A stretch of DNA of 64,000 nucleotides from Obrimoposthia wandeli (Eukaryota): assembly GCA_977020255.1 (NCBI GenBank), contig CDROCS010001741.1, positions 62,001-126,000 on the forward strand, written 5' to 3'. Both the position numbers and the translations under genes were made by a program. Below, piece after piece: positions 52,030 through 64,000 of this stretch (positions are counted from its first letter, which is position 1; the number at the start of each line of letters is the position of its first letter). A model generated the notes under the pieces. That model had not been told where the DNA came from, searched no databases, and was given only the letters and a program-made list of their open reading frames with translations.

Positions 52030-53453
52030 TCAGGCCTTGATATTCAATCATTCTTTATATTTTATTAAATTGTTTTAACAAAACCAGTGACATGTATATA
52101 TATATATATATATTTACTGGATTAATGAGTTATGATAGGAGTATATATTTCATCTAATATATACAACAAAAATTAGAGATGTGACCGAATTTAATTAGAA
52201 TATTCATTGAATTTTCAAGGGGCCAATAATTACTTCCATGGGCCTGATTTCAGTTATAACAGAAATCTACTGTATTTAGAATGTATATATTTCATCAAAA
52301 AGACAAAATTAGAATATTTATATATTAAATTTTGAAATTATTGAAAACTCAAATTTTTTAATTTTTTCAGTTCTGTGACAATGTCATATTAAATTGAACT
52401 AATTTCAACTCTAAATATGATCGAATGGATTTGACTTTTCAAAACGAACAGAAAATTTAATTACATTTATGGAAACTTTCCAGAGTTGTTTTTCATCACA
52501 AATTAAATTTCCTTGTTTGTTTGTTTTTGTTCAAGTATACATAAACATGACAGAAGGCGCGAGCCAGAAACGAAAGACACAAGCAAGTCAACACGGGTTT
52601 GATGTGGGAATTGTCCCAGCAATTACGCGGTCACTCCCCCACAACACCGGAAGCGATTATTTGCCCAATCAATCAGCCCCTACGTGTCTGGCAAAACCAG
52701 AGAAGATGGCCACGTGATTCTGGCAGTATTTACCAGATTCCCCCAATACCCACGATATCCTCACGATATCTCACGTGAGTGAGAGTCAGAATCTAGAGTT
52801 TCCTTTTTCAACTGTCTATTCACATTGATTGGGAAACACAAATCGTTTTATACATAATCGGGATATATATATATATATAAATTTTCATTTCATTAATTAA
52901 TTTAATGAAATTCACTAGCAAATTTTTATCTCAATTTTTCTTACCATTTATTTAACGGAAAATTAGAAAATCCGGCGTAAAATATTTACAAAAATATGTT
53001 TTAATGCATATTTATTATTTTGAATTGTTATCCAAATAATTTTCAAAGTAAATGTTTAAATTTTTAATGGTACAATTAGTCAAAATTTAAATATCAATTT
53101 CTTTCAAAAAATTTAAAAACTAAATGAATTTAAACTAAATTGTACATTTCCTACATTGTTTTATAGGTGTTTTTTTGATTTTGGAGACTTTACAAGGTAT
53201 ATTAGATTATTAATAAAAACAAAATAATGGATATTAAATTTTAAAAATTTGAAAAGAATTTATGTATAAAAATATATATAATTCTAAAATATTGTTCTGT
53301 TGTTTTCAATTCGAATTTTGATGGATAAAATGTCATACTTTTAACTTATTAATCAATAATTAACTATTTTAAAATATTTTTTATTCATTATTCTCCAATT
53401 TCTATCAGAAAAGAAATTACAAAATAAATTAATTATGAAAAACAAATAATGTT

Positions 53454-54280
53454 GTGATCAGGTTTGATAGTAAAGGAAAATTCTATTACAAATGTATAGA
53501 TAAAGAAGTAAAATTAATATATGAAAATAACAAATTCAGATTTAAAAATCGAGTATTTTTTAATCAATTGATATTTGAATCTAAAAAAGAAGCTCTTCAA
53601 TTCGGTTTTGATAGTGAACAAGCAGTAAGTATTAAGAGACGGGATATTGTCTCATCTAAATCGGTTAGACATGTTCCTGGTAGAGTAGCAAGACTGTTGT
53701 TTGTTGAAACGAAAGCAAAGGATGTCCTGGAACTGAAAGGGTTTTTAAAATATTATAAAATAGATAGTGATCAGAATTTATGTAAAAATATAATGAATGA
53801 ATTTAGTGAATATTTGGAAAAATGTGAAACATTAAAAAAATGGTAAATTGACGTTTACAGTAAAGATAAATATAAAACGGCTTTCCTTTGATGATAAACT
53901 CGCTAAAAACCTGGGTTTAACCAGAAATACCTTTGAAACCCATACAATAAAAACCATAAATCTAAAATCAAAGCAAAACTTTTAAATGCTATTAATCAGT
54001 TATATAGTCATACTAGTTTACTAGAACCAACGCTTGTAGGAGGACTACGAGTTCCACTTTTGAGAACAATATGGATATCTCAAAGTCAAACAAAAGTTGG
54101 GAAGTTATCAGTATCCGTATAGATCAACCAATATATCTTCCAGTTGCTCTCTTATATTTAAACAATATTGAAGTAAATATTAGAGACGATTCCGGACAAC
54201 TAATAGATTTCACGTACGGAGCCATCACAAGTTTAACAATACATTTAAGAAAACAAAATGGCGAATCCGGCAATAATTGA
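53454..54280 (+). pseudogene. Polinton minor capsid protein (penton), frameshifted
   Basis: C-terminal LYSHTSLLEPTLVGGLRVPLLR..PIYLPV..NNIEVNIRDDSGQLIDF..TIHLRK is the penton signature. ORF 53454..53846 is assigned as the upstream part by position only. Confidence 0.75.
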
Positions 54281-54587
54281 AGCTTTTGGTCAAAACTAAC
54301 ACGGTGGAGAATTATCATATTTTATTGGTAAACAATATAGATCCGGCTGGCTTAGAACATTAGGTAGATTTGCCTTTCCTCTTTTGAAGAGACTCAGACG
54401 ATTTATATAAAAGTTAGGAAAAGATTACCTTTCATCTAAGAAAAATAAACTAATACCAACTTTTAAAAAGCATTCACTTAATGAACTTGATAATGTTTTG
54501 CCAAAGGTTGCTAATTTGATCAGAAAAGGTAAATCAAATAAAAAACAAGGAGGTAGAGAATTTGAACGTAAAAAAAAATTTTTTTGA
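54258..54587 (+). pseudogene. Small basic Polinton core protein (pVII/pX-like) with two nonsense codons
   Basis: MANPAIIEAFGQN*HGGELSYFIGKQYRSGWLRTLGRFAFPLLKRLRRFI*KLGKDYL..KQGGREFERKKKFF*. Lies between penton and MCP. Confidence 0.65.
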
Positions 54588-55763
54588 TAAACTTCTTCCG
54601 CAAGTAGTTGTAGATAATGCTTCCTTTGAAGAAATATTTCTAGTTAACTCAGTTTCAGGAACCGCTTTAACCGATTTAGATTTTAATATTAATGGTTCCA
54701 ATAGTGAGTATTTAGATTTGAATGATACTTTGCTTTATGTTCAAATAAAAGTATTAAATCGAGATGGTACTAATTTAGAGAAAAATGCCGATGTAACACC
54801 TGTAAATTATCTCTTTAATTCTTTATTTAGTGATGCTATTGTTACTCTTAATAATGTCAAAATTGAAGTTGGAACTCTTCCTATGCTCATAAAGCTTTGA
54901 TTGAAAGTCTTTAGAATTTTAGTACTGATACTCAAAATACTAATTTGACAACCATTGGTTATGATAAAATTGATGCAACTCGCAAAGAATGGATTGCGGG
55001 TTCTAAAGCTTACGAAATGTGTGGGTCTTTGAGATTGAATTTCTTTGAACAACCGAAATATTTAATTCCCGGTGTTAATGTACATCTTCGTTTGAAACGT
55101 AATAAATGGAATTTTTCTTTGATAAGCACAGACGTTCTAAAACCTAGACTTGATATTTTGGATGCAAAATTGTATGTCCGAAGAGTTAAAACGGAGCAAT
55201 CAGTTTTAATGGCACATAATATAGGAATGAAAAAAACAATGCTTGTTATCCTATAAGAGAAACTAAACTTATATCCTACTCTTTAGGTACGGGTACACAA
55301 GCTTTTAATAAGGATCAAATTTTTGGTGATGTAAGATTACCGAAATTCATTTTAATTTCTTTTCAAAAAACTGCAAAGTTTCTAGGAAACTCAATTTGCC
55401 AATCTTAATGTAGGTTCAGTGACACTTTCAAGAAATACTGATTATCGCGAAACATATAAAACAGATTTCGAAGGTAACGCTTATGCTTTGGCTTATACCC
55501 AATCTATTATTCGGAATATTGGCCAACTAGATAAAAATATAAACAATGGTATTTCTTTCATTGAGTTTAAAAGCAGCTGTCCGTTATTCACATTTGTTTC
55601 GGCACCAGACTTTGATATAAACCAATGCCAACTAGCAAAGGATGGAAATTTACGACTAGAAATTAAGTTCAATGTAGCTTTAACACATCCTACTACGGTG
55701 CTTATTTACGGAGTATTTGATTCGGAAATACAAATCAATAAAAACAGAACTGTCATATTTTAG
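54562..55763 (+). pseudogene. Polinton major capsid protein (double jelly-roll, hexon-like), frameshifted
   Basis: DFNINGSNSEYLDLNDTLLYVQIKV..DGTNL..PVNYLFNSLFSD..LNN; FFEQPKYLIPGVNVHLRLKRN; AKLYVRRVK; GNLRLEIKF..L..PTTVLIYGVFDSEIQINKNRTV. Confidence 0.92.
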
Positions 55764-55764
55764 A

Positions 55765-56146
55765 ATGGAATAAGACACATTTTAGATTTATATTTATTAA
55801 TTTTTATTTAGTTCAGTACAAGTACAAGAATCAGCAGAGAAGGTCCTGAGTGATAAATTCAATGGTGTTTATACTATTGATATGATTCCATATTTTTAAA
55901 TCTGGAGGTTACATTATCAATACTCATACTTCGAATTTATCAGGAGAACATTGGATAGCTATTTATGTTAGAGAGTGGACAATACATGTATTTGATCCAC
56001 TTGCAATGTATTATCCACACAAACTTGTTTCAACTATTCAAAAAGGACGAAGAAGAGTATTTTACAACAAGATAAAATACCAGGATCCTGCGACGAGAAA
56101 CTGTGGACTTTTATGTATTTTATGGTTATTGTTGCAAAACGGTTAA
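55765..56146 (+). pseudogene. Adenain-like cysteine maturation protease
   Basis: Not in the ORF track. Hand translation IINTHTSNLSGEHWIAIY..VFDPLAM..KYQDPATRNCGLLCILWL shows the catalytic H, D, Q and C. 5' part frameshifted. Confidence 0.88.
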
Positions 56147-56418
56147 TGTGTTATTATAATAAATAATTTTTAAAAACTTATTTTATTTTGAATTATTTTT
56201 TTAAATCCCTAAAAAATTAAAATAAATGGGTAAAATATAAAACACATAAACGAATTTTTTTTAATACATTTATTCAGCAAAATATCACAACGAGATCTGT
56301 CAGCAAAGATAAGGCCCAACCTAAGAAAGTATTGAAAAAACAAAAAGTTAGAGTCAGAGTGCCATTAGGATCTAAAATTTTAAAAAACTAAACAAAAAAA
56401 TCAAACAATAAAAACCGT

Positions 56419-59400
56419 TTAAATTCGGAAGTCTTCATAAGCCAGACTAGTGCTCTTTTCCACCCAAAATTGCTTGTCGTCATTACTACTCAAAGCAATT
56501 TTTGTTAATTTATGGGAATACATTTGATGGGCTCTTGAAATAAATCTAGTTTGCTCAACGCTTTCAATACACCCAGTATCATAAACTTTCTGATAGGCCT
56601 CATGTGTAAGATTGTTTCTTCCCACACCCTTTGATTTCATTGAATATGTATTATTAGATTCATATAAACTGTAGGATTTAGGGCGTAGGAAAATACAATC
56701 ATAATACGAAACCTGACCCTCGCTTTCATCCTTAAATTTCCCTATAATATCCTTTAAACTCATAGAGTGTAGAAGATGATTAATGGGATATACATGGGTA
56801 TCAAGTAAGTTATCCCTAAACATTGCCGGTAATAATTGATTGTTAAACTTACATTCCTACATTCTTAAAAGAAAGAGTCAGTGTCTCCAGCTGCTATTTT
56901 GTTCTTATAATTGAATTCGTGGCGATATTTCTCTAATTCTATATATCGGAGCTGGTACATTCTGAGTTTAGAAATGTCTAAAACCTTTTGACCTATATAA
57001 CTCGGTCGATCGAGACAAATACTCTGTTTCCCTAATAACACTGCTACCAAGTCATCTGTAATTGTAAAAATACGCTTGTAGTTGTACATGCTAGTATATG
57101 TTATTAATTTACGCTCATCATTGCAAAACCATAGACAAATATGTTTCTGCAAGTTCTCTACAGTTTTTCCAAGGAGACTATTACTTTTTAACTTGTAAAA
57201 ATCCCTATCGAATTTACTAGTGGCCAAATTACGTTTTCTAGAATTCTCTTAATCACAAATCTGACTAAAGCTTATAGCACGATGAATTTGAGTAACTTTC
57301 GCTCCCAACTTTAAGTAGAATTGAAGAATCCGCAAATGCACCACATAATTCAACTTGTCTTCATGTGTTAACAATAATTTCTTAACCTTTGAATTAGGTG
57401 GACATTGATAAACAGGTGCTCCTTGAAGATCAGCTAATTTATCATGCACATTGGGAGAGATTTTTAAACCAACCCCAACCAAATAGCCGAAATTTGATGA
57501 CACTGTATCAACAGTAGCTAAATCTGTCATCAACTTATTCAACGCTTCCTCATCATACACCCAGTAGAGGTTGAGAAGGCGCCCATCCATACAAATTATT
57601 AATGTTGATGTACAGAATCTCCGTAGATTGATTTTTGACAACATGATTTTTGTTGAAAAAAGTCATTCCACTGCGTTTACCATAATCATACATTTGATAC
57701 ATCGCGGGATCTTGCAGTAACTCGATATTAATTTTAAGAGTTTTTGTTGCCGTTGCCCACTAAAGACCAGGTAAACTAAAAAATGCATAGGATCTAGTCC
57801 ATCTTCCGCTAAAGATTTTACACCAAAGAATTCAAACACATCAGCTAAATGATAAATGTATAACTTCATATAATAAAGCATATAATCTATAAAATTTCAA
57901 CAATTATTCTCCCAAAATATACAGGCCTCATTATAGTCTTGAAGACTTACACCCTCAAATTCAGTTATGGGTGGGATTTCTATTGTATTTTGTAAATCTG
58001 TGAATGTTTTTGCAAATTTATAAGAAAATATCCCCTTATCATTAACTGAAGCTGGGAATACTGACTGTGTAATTGGCCAGATATTTAAAGATTCAGTTAC
58101 ATTTTTTAAAGACCCGCTCAAAAACTGCAGAGAATCTATAAATCTTAAATTGCAGAATTCAGTATATACAGTTAAGATAAGTATTTATTTGAAGTTTGAG
58201 GTATACAAGAAATTTCTCAAGAGCTTAATGTACCCAACGCGTATTTAAGTATATGATGCAAATCATATCCTTTGAGATTATGAAACACAATGGGAATGCG
58301 TGATGTTTTAGGGAGTCGTCGGCCAGGGTTACAAAGGTTGCATGCCACTCCCAAGTAACATGATTGTGATCTCTGACTAACATAGACTGGGTACCACACA
58401 AATAACATGATCTACTAGATTTAAAATTAACCCAGTCTATACATGCCATGATCATTGCTTGATGAGCATAAAGATCGTACCACGGTTTGACAATTGGGGT
58501 TCCTAATTCTTCTAATTTTAACATTAAATCTAAAACACAATTTGAACCGGAAAATGCATAATACTGAGTTATATAGGGGCCTAAGAATAATATTCCTACC
58601 GAAGCCGGTAGGGGAATACTCTCATACTGGTCGTGCAATGCTAGAATTGACTCAAAATCAGCATACACCCTGAATTCCACGGGTATGCATTTTGCCTAAT
58701 CATTGAATTGTAAATCCTTATCCTTAGGCATATCCTTAGACACATGCTATATAGCGTATTTTCATCAAGATTCAGTGTACATAATGTCAAATGTTTGCTG
58801 TAAGAGATCTCGGAGCTCAATCCATGCAAACATATATGACACCACTTACACCTTTTCCTAACCGGTAAGCCTCTATTATCTAAATTTAGAAGACGACCTA
58901 AATTTTGAATTGCAGCATAGTGGAATTTATTATTATGTTGGAGCAAAATTAAGTTGACCGGAGTTTCCTCATTTTTGCTCCTATAAATTAAATCTACATT
59001 GACATTTTTAAACTGCTGAAAAGCGAACCAGTGAAAAGCGAGTAATCTTGAGTGTATATCCTGTTGCAGCAATTGGAGACATTAACATACCGGATGCAAT
59101 CGGGAGATGAATTTGATTGTGAATGCCATGAGGTGGGAGAACGGATTCAAAATCTCCGTAAACAACAAATGATGGAGAAATTGTTTTTGAAAAATCTGTG
59201 AATTGAATATATTTGTCCTCCGGCATCTGGTATAGTGTATTATGTTCCATATTCATCATACAAAGAGGTTTATGCTTCTCAAAACTTATTGCCCGTCTAA
59301 ATCCATGAAAACATTTATGACACCATATACTTTGGATTTGTGGAGAACCTTTTCCTTTGTTATAATAGTTTAGAAGCCTATTAAGATTTGGAACTGCGAC

Positions 59401-60560
59401 GTAGTGATATTTCTCTCCTTCTTCCAACAGAATTAGATTAACTGGATTGCCTTCGGTATTGGTGGTTCGATATAATATATCAATAAAAGGATTTTGAAAA
59501 ATATCCTGATCCGGAGAAGGAATGGTTCCGAGGTTATTGTAAGTGAATACATTTATTGATAAGGATGAATTCTCTCTTTCAAAACGAGGGATATCAGCTA
59601 ATCTCATAGGCATATCGTTTAAAGAGTATATCAAATCTCCTAAATATGGATCATATTGTGACACTCTATACCTATGTTGAGAGATAATATCGTACTTCAG
59701 AATAGAAAGTATACTATAGATAAAACACAAAACACCTGTATTCTGAACATTTACAACCTAATTGTGAAGTTCATTTGGCGTAGCAATATATGCTCTTCCT
59801 TGGAGATAATTAATTTCCGGGGTCTTAATGATAATAAAATGTATCTCCAGGATGTGTTTGAGTTGCCAATTACTGGCATTTTGAGAATACTTCTCAATCT
59901 TAGCATTGAGAGACTCTATACCCCGATCGAGGAATTCAGGTGAAAAGAAAGTAGCCTTGTTTGAAACATTCCATTGTTTCACACCACTCTCATTCTCGAA
60001 CTCCACCTGGAGACCGAATTGCACCTTACAAGATTCGAATTCTTCAACTATTACTCTTAAAGAGTCAATAAAGTGCTGCGGCACATCTAATTCAATAACA
60101 TTATCGCTAGTCAAATCCAACGATAATGTTACATAAGACCCTCTTAGTCTCTTTTCTCTAACAACCCCTAATCTCACACTCTTAGCCACTGATGCACCAC
60201 TAGTTGGTTGCATCGCGCTTGTTGACGGGGTATAATCCGTTTTTGTGTAGGTATTGTACTGGTCGAAGGCATAGATGAGATAGACATTGATGAAGTGCTA
60301 GCTGGAGGAGAAATCGGAACAGGAGTAGATATACGATCAGGATTGAATGATAATGAGACTTTATCAGCTTCGGAAGTTGATTTAACATATTGTATTCCCT
60401 TTTGATTGAAAACTATATTCTTCTTTCCTTTAGCTCCAAAATATCCTAAATGTGATTGATGTATGGAAACAAAAGCTCCCCAGTCTTCTTCAGCCGCTTC
60501 ACATTGAGGACATATATAGAAAATACGTCCATAGAACTTTGTTCCAAAATATTGTTGCAT
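56419..60560 (-). pseudogene. Polinton pPolB, near full length but frameshifted, with a duplicated N-terminal/ExoI module
   Basis: Zn-finger-like N-terminus; CFIYSIL; VYGDFES and a second VYADFES; EndoVII motif; YININNLYGWA; FYKLKSNSLLGKTVEN; AGDTDSFF; FLRPKSYS..KSKGV..KIALSSNDDK. Confidence 0.95.
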
Positions 60561-60939
60561 CTTGGTTTAGCAAATTAAAGGATATTGATTAAAGCAAAGA
60601 TTTTTGTTAATATTGCACTAAAATTATAATAAGTGAAATAATATAAAAATAAATTACTTACATTAGTCATTTTGTAATCGATTAAACACTAATAATTCTT
60701 TTGTTTATAGAAGTTGTTACGTTTATAGTAATATATTGTTTATATTTCAATTTCTTTGTTAAAAATAACACAGTAAAACAAACATGAATTTACTATGTAA
60801 CTTTTTTAAATAATAATTTTATTTCATTTTACTTACTTATAGTAACAACAACAAAAAGTTTTATAAGCACAATTTTTCCCGTGCTCAATATATGAACAAC
60901 TAATATTTGATGGGATCTGTGAAAGCTCTTTCAATGTTT

Positions 60940-61420
60940 TACATAAAATTCACAAATTTCTTATTTGTTTGAAAGAACAAGGAGAGTTGGTGAACATGTC
61001 TATATTAAGACATACATGTATGTGAAGATGTGCATGTTCTAATTTGGTTGATGCAATTATTTGCGAGTTTCTTATTGGATGACAAGAACAAGGAGAGTTG
61101 GTGAACATGTATATATTTTGACATAAATTTATGTAAAGATATGTTCTGATTTGCAAGTATTTGCAAAATATTACAAGTTTCTAGTTGGATGACAAGAACA
61201 AGGAGAGTTGCTGAACATATATATATATATATATTTGAACATAAATAAATGTGCATGATCTGATTGATTGATGCAAGTATTTACAAAATATTGTAAACTT
61301 CTAATCGGATGACAAGAACAAGGAGAGTTGGTGCATGTGTACATGTCTATATTTGGACATAAATGTATGTAAAGATATATATGTGTGTGTTCTAATTGTG
61401 CAAGTATTTGAAAACATATG
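60940..61420. repeat. Four imperfect ~110-120-bp tandem units containing GACAAGAACAAGGAGAGTTG
   Basis: Motif at ~60973, 61081, 61191 and 61311. Confidence 0.85.
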
Positions 61421-61639
61421 CATGTTAAGAACAGTCTACATCAAGAATCGATATATCAGTATATGTGAGAATAACGTATAGTACTAATTATTCTCATGTA
61501 ATTACATAATTAGTAATATCATATCCTAATACTTATGAAAATCAATGAAAATACTTATCAGTGACAATTCATGAATGAGAACTTGTAAATATATTGAAAT
61601 CCTTTCATTCTACTGAATTCATGAATCATAACCCGAATC

Positions 61640-62040
61640 AATTATACCAAATCCATGATAATTAATCAAATACATCAAATATCTGTATATTCCTTGTAAA
61701 ACACACATCAAATATCATATCAAGTTAATCAATAAATACATGTAAATATGTTAAACCGCAAGTAAAACACATCAAATAACTCAAATATGATATCAAATAC
61801 ATTAAGTTAATCAATAAATACATGTAAATCTGTTAAACCCTAGTAAAACACAACAAATATCCGATAAGACAAATACAGTAAAAATTTGTTATATCAAATC
61901 AATGTTAATTAATCAATAAATCATATACAAAATATCCTATAAATGCATGAAAACACTCTAAATCAATATCAAATCAATATTAATTAATAAAATGTATCAA
62001 TAAATCATATTAAAAATATCATATAAAGTCATTAAATTTC
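61640..62040. repeat. Degenerate AT-rich tandem repeats (TTAATCAATAAATACATGTAAAT / ATCAAATCAAT)
   Basis: Recurring motifs visible by eye. Confidence 0.6.
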
Positions 62041-62771
62041 TATTAAAAAAAAAAGAACTAAATATTTCATGTACAAAACGTTTTTGGTAAAAATGATGTA
62101 CAAGTGATTTAAAAACTTTTTAATTTTGGCGCCAAAAAGTTTTGAAAATTTAAACAAACGTTTTTTGAAAAAATAATTTTTAAACTTTTTGGAAAAATAA
62201 ATTTTTGGAGGTTTTTGACCCTTGAAGTTGCACCCTCGAAGGTCTAATCAAAGTCAGATCAACGCTATTATATATAACTTTGAAAAGTAGAAGAATAAAA
62301 TTTTTGAAGGTTTTTGACCCTTGAAGGTCTAATCAAAGGTAAAAAAGGAGATCTTTGAAAGAAGATTTTAAATCTGAATTTATATGCTGCTGTTGCGACG
62401 GAGTGGAATTTTTCATTTTTCGTGGAGATAGAAGATAGATGACTAGCTGAAAGAAGAGGGGCTCAAGACTGGAATAAAAAGGTGGAGTTAGAGAATAAGC
62501 GATTGGCAGAAAGAAGAAAGGTGGAGATGGAAAATTGCAGAGCTGAAAAAAAAGAATCCTACATCCTCAAGCTGAAGAAGGCCCTTCTGGTAAAAATTAT
62601 ATTTCTGATAATTCTAACTAATATGAGAGAATAAATTCTGGCAGATTTGACACTGTTATCGGTTTTCCATGATACATATACAATGATAGATCGACGTTTT
62701 ATAGCCATTTTGTGTCACAATATAGTCTCACTAAATGTATGTAACTAGAAAATGTATCTGCAATGAATGGG

Positions 62772-63295
62772 CTTGTTTCATAAATGTGCAACTTTATGTG
62801 TTTTAGTATCTTTTTGTTAGGAGCATAATCCTACTAATCACTTTTGATAATTTTATTAAACATATTTGTAAATTAAACATACATTAAGTTTGCCTTCATG
62901 TGAAGGTCTAAATGTCCATGCACAAAAAGTGTTAAAAACACTTGGTATTATATAGTTTGTATGTCCTTTGATAAGAAAGGTTGGTTTGTACGAAATTAAT
63001 TATCCCAAGCCTGGTTTAATTATAATGTAAACGGCTCCAATATATAATGAAAAGTAGCTTCTCAGAATAACGCTGAATGGTCTACACACAAAAGCGATAT
63101 ATTCTGACGACATTACATTAATGAACTACAATTATTGATAAATACAAAGTTATTTCATAAACTAATCAAATATAGTCATTATATTTTGTGACAAATTACA
63201 TACATTTTAAAATATTAGTATGAAAACTATCGAAATTTAATGATTAATAATTTTTTTGTTGAATATATGGAATAGTTGCACATTTATGAAACAAG
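62772..63295. mobile_element. MITE-like element with perfect 22-bp terminal inverted repeats
   Basis: CTTGTTTCATAAATGTGCAACT (62772-62793) and AGTTGCACATTTATGAAACAAG (63274-63295); non-coding interior. Confidence 0.7.
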
Positions 63296-64000
63296 TCTAC
63301 ATGTAAGTAACATATTTATTGCGACTTATTATAATTAAATTGTTTATTCTTCTTGTTAATGGCTTAATAATTCTCCTTAATTAATCCCCAACTGAGAGCT
63401 AGATACACTGATCCTCTGACACTCATACACTGATATATCTACAATTGGGAAGAGTTTCAAATCCACTGTCAAATTACATAACTTCTTTATTCTGAACATT
63501 TGTGCTTTATAATGCTGGTTTGTGTCTAATTAATTTTTCTAAAGAAAATCATTAATTTTTAATTATCCTAATGAACAGAGATAATTTTCTCGTTAAATTT
63601 TGATACATTTAATTAAAATTGCAGCTACTTTCTAACTGATAATTTGAAATAATTTTTTAATGTATAACAGTATTTATTTATATAATTTATATCATTTTTA
63701 CGCGTATAATTACATTTTCCAGAACAGTTAAAGGAAAATGCTACAATTTTATTTTAAATAAATTTTTCAGTAATAATAAGATGAAAATTTAACAAAAGGT
63801 GCGATAATAAAATATGATCAAATATTTGTTTTTAAAATAACCTTCTAATAACCATGTTGATTACTATTTTTGTTGTACATATATATCAAAGGCAAGAAGT
63901 GTCTAATAAAGTATCCAAACATTCTTACTTAATTGGCTCCAGTTATCAATTATGATGATGTACTAATGATTTTTCTACCATATTCATCTTCAATTAGCTC

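Noticed and set aside
1-64000. A single intact Polinton with TIRs, or a strictly uni-strand piRNA-cluster orientation
   Set aside because: No TIR pair or TSD was found, all core genes are broken, and TE fragments lie on both strands.

Overview
Very AT-rich eukaryotic DNA, probably from an invertebrate (host not identifiable). No confident host gene, rRNA, tRNA or CRISPR array was found. The window is a nest of decayed mobile elements. (1) Polinton/Maverick (adintovirus-like) remnants: three protein-primed PolB copies (1-1555, ~49.1-50.2 kb, 56.4-60.6 kb, the last one chimeric). A minus-strand cassette at 12.8-16.9 kb encodes integrase and packaging ATPase plus an unexpected TBP-like gene and a REX4/ISG20-like exonuclease. 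A plus-strand structural module at 53.5-56.1 kb encodes penton, a small basic core protein, the major capsid protein and an adenain-like protease. (2) A minus-strand Ty3/Gypsy element (~17-24.9 kb) with a chuvirus-like (class III, gB-type) glycoprotein placed between gag and protease and open in frame with the protease, giving an apparent gag-env-pol polyprotein. This is the most unusual feature. (3) A canonical type I hammerhead ribozyme at 29274-29325, probably in a Penelope-like remnant. (4) hAT, BEL/Pao, a second Gypsy pol, two Tc1/mariner remnants, a possible LINE fragment, and several tandem, palindromic and inverted repeats. All protein-family calls come from motifs recognised by eye, and many frames were joined by hand across stops and frameshifts. 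No database searches were run.
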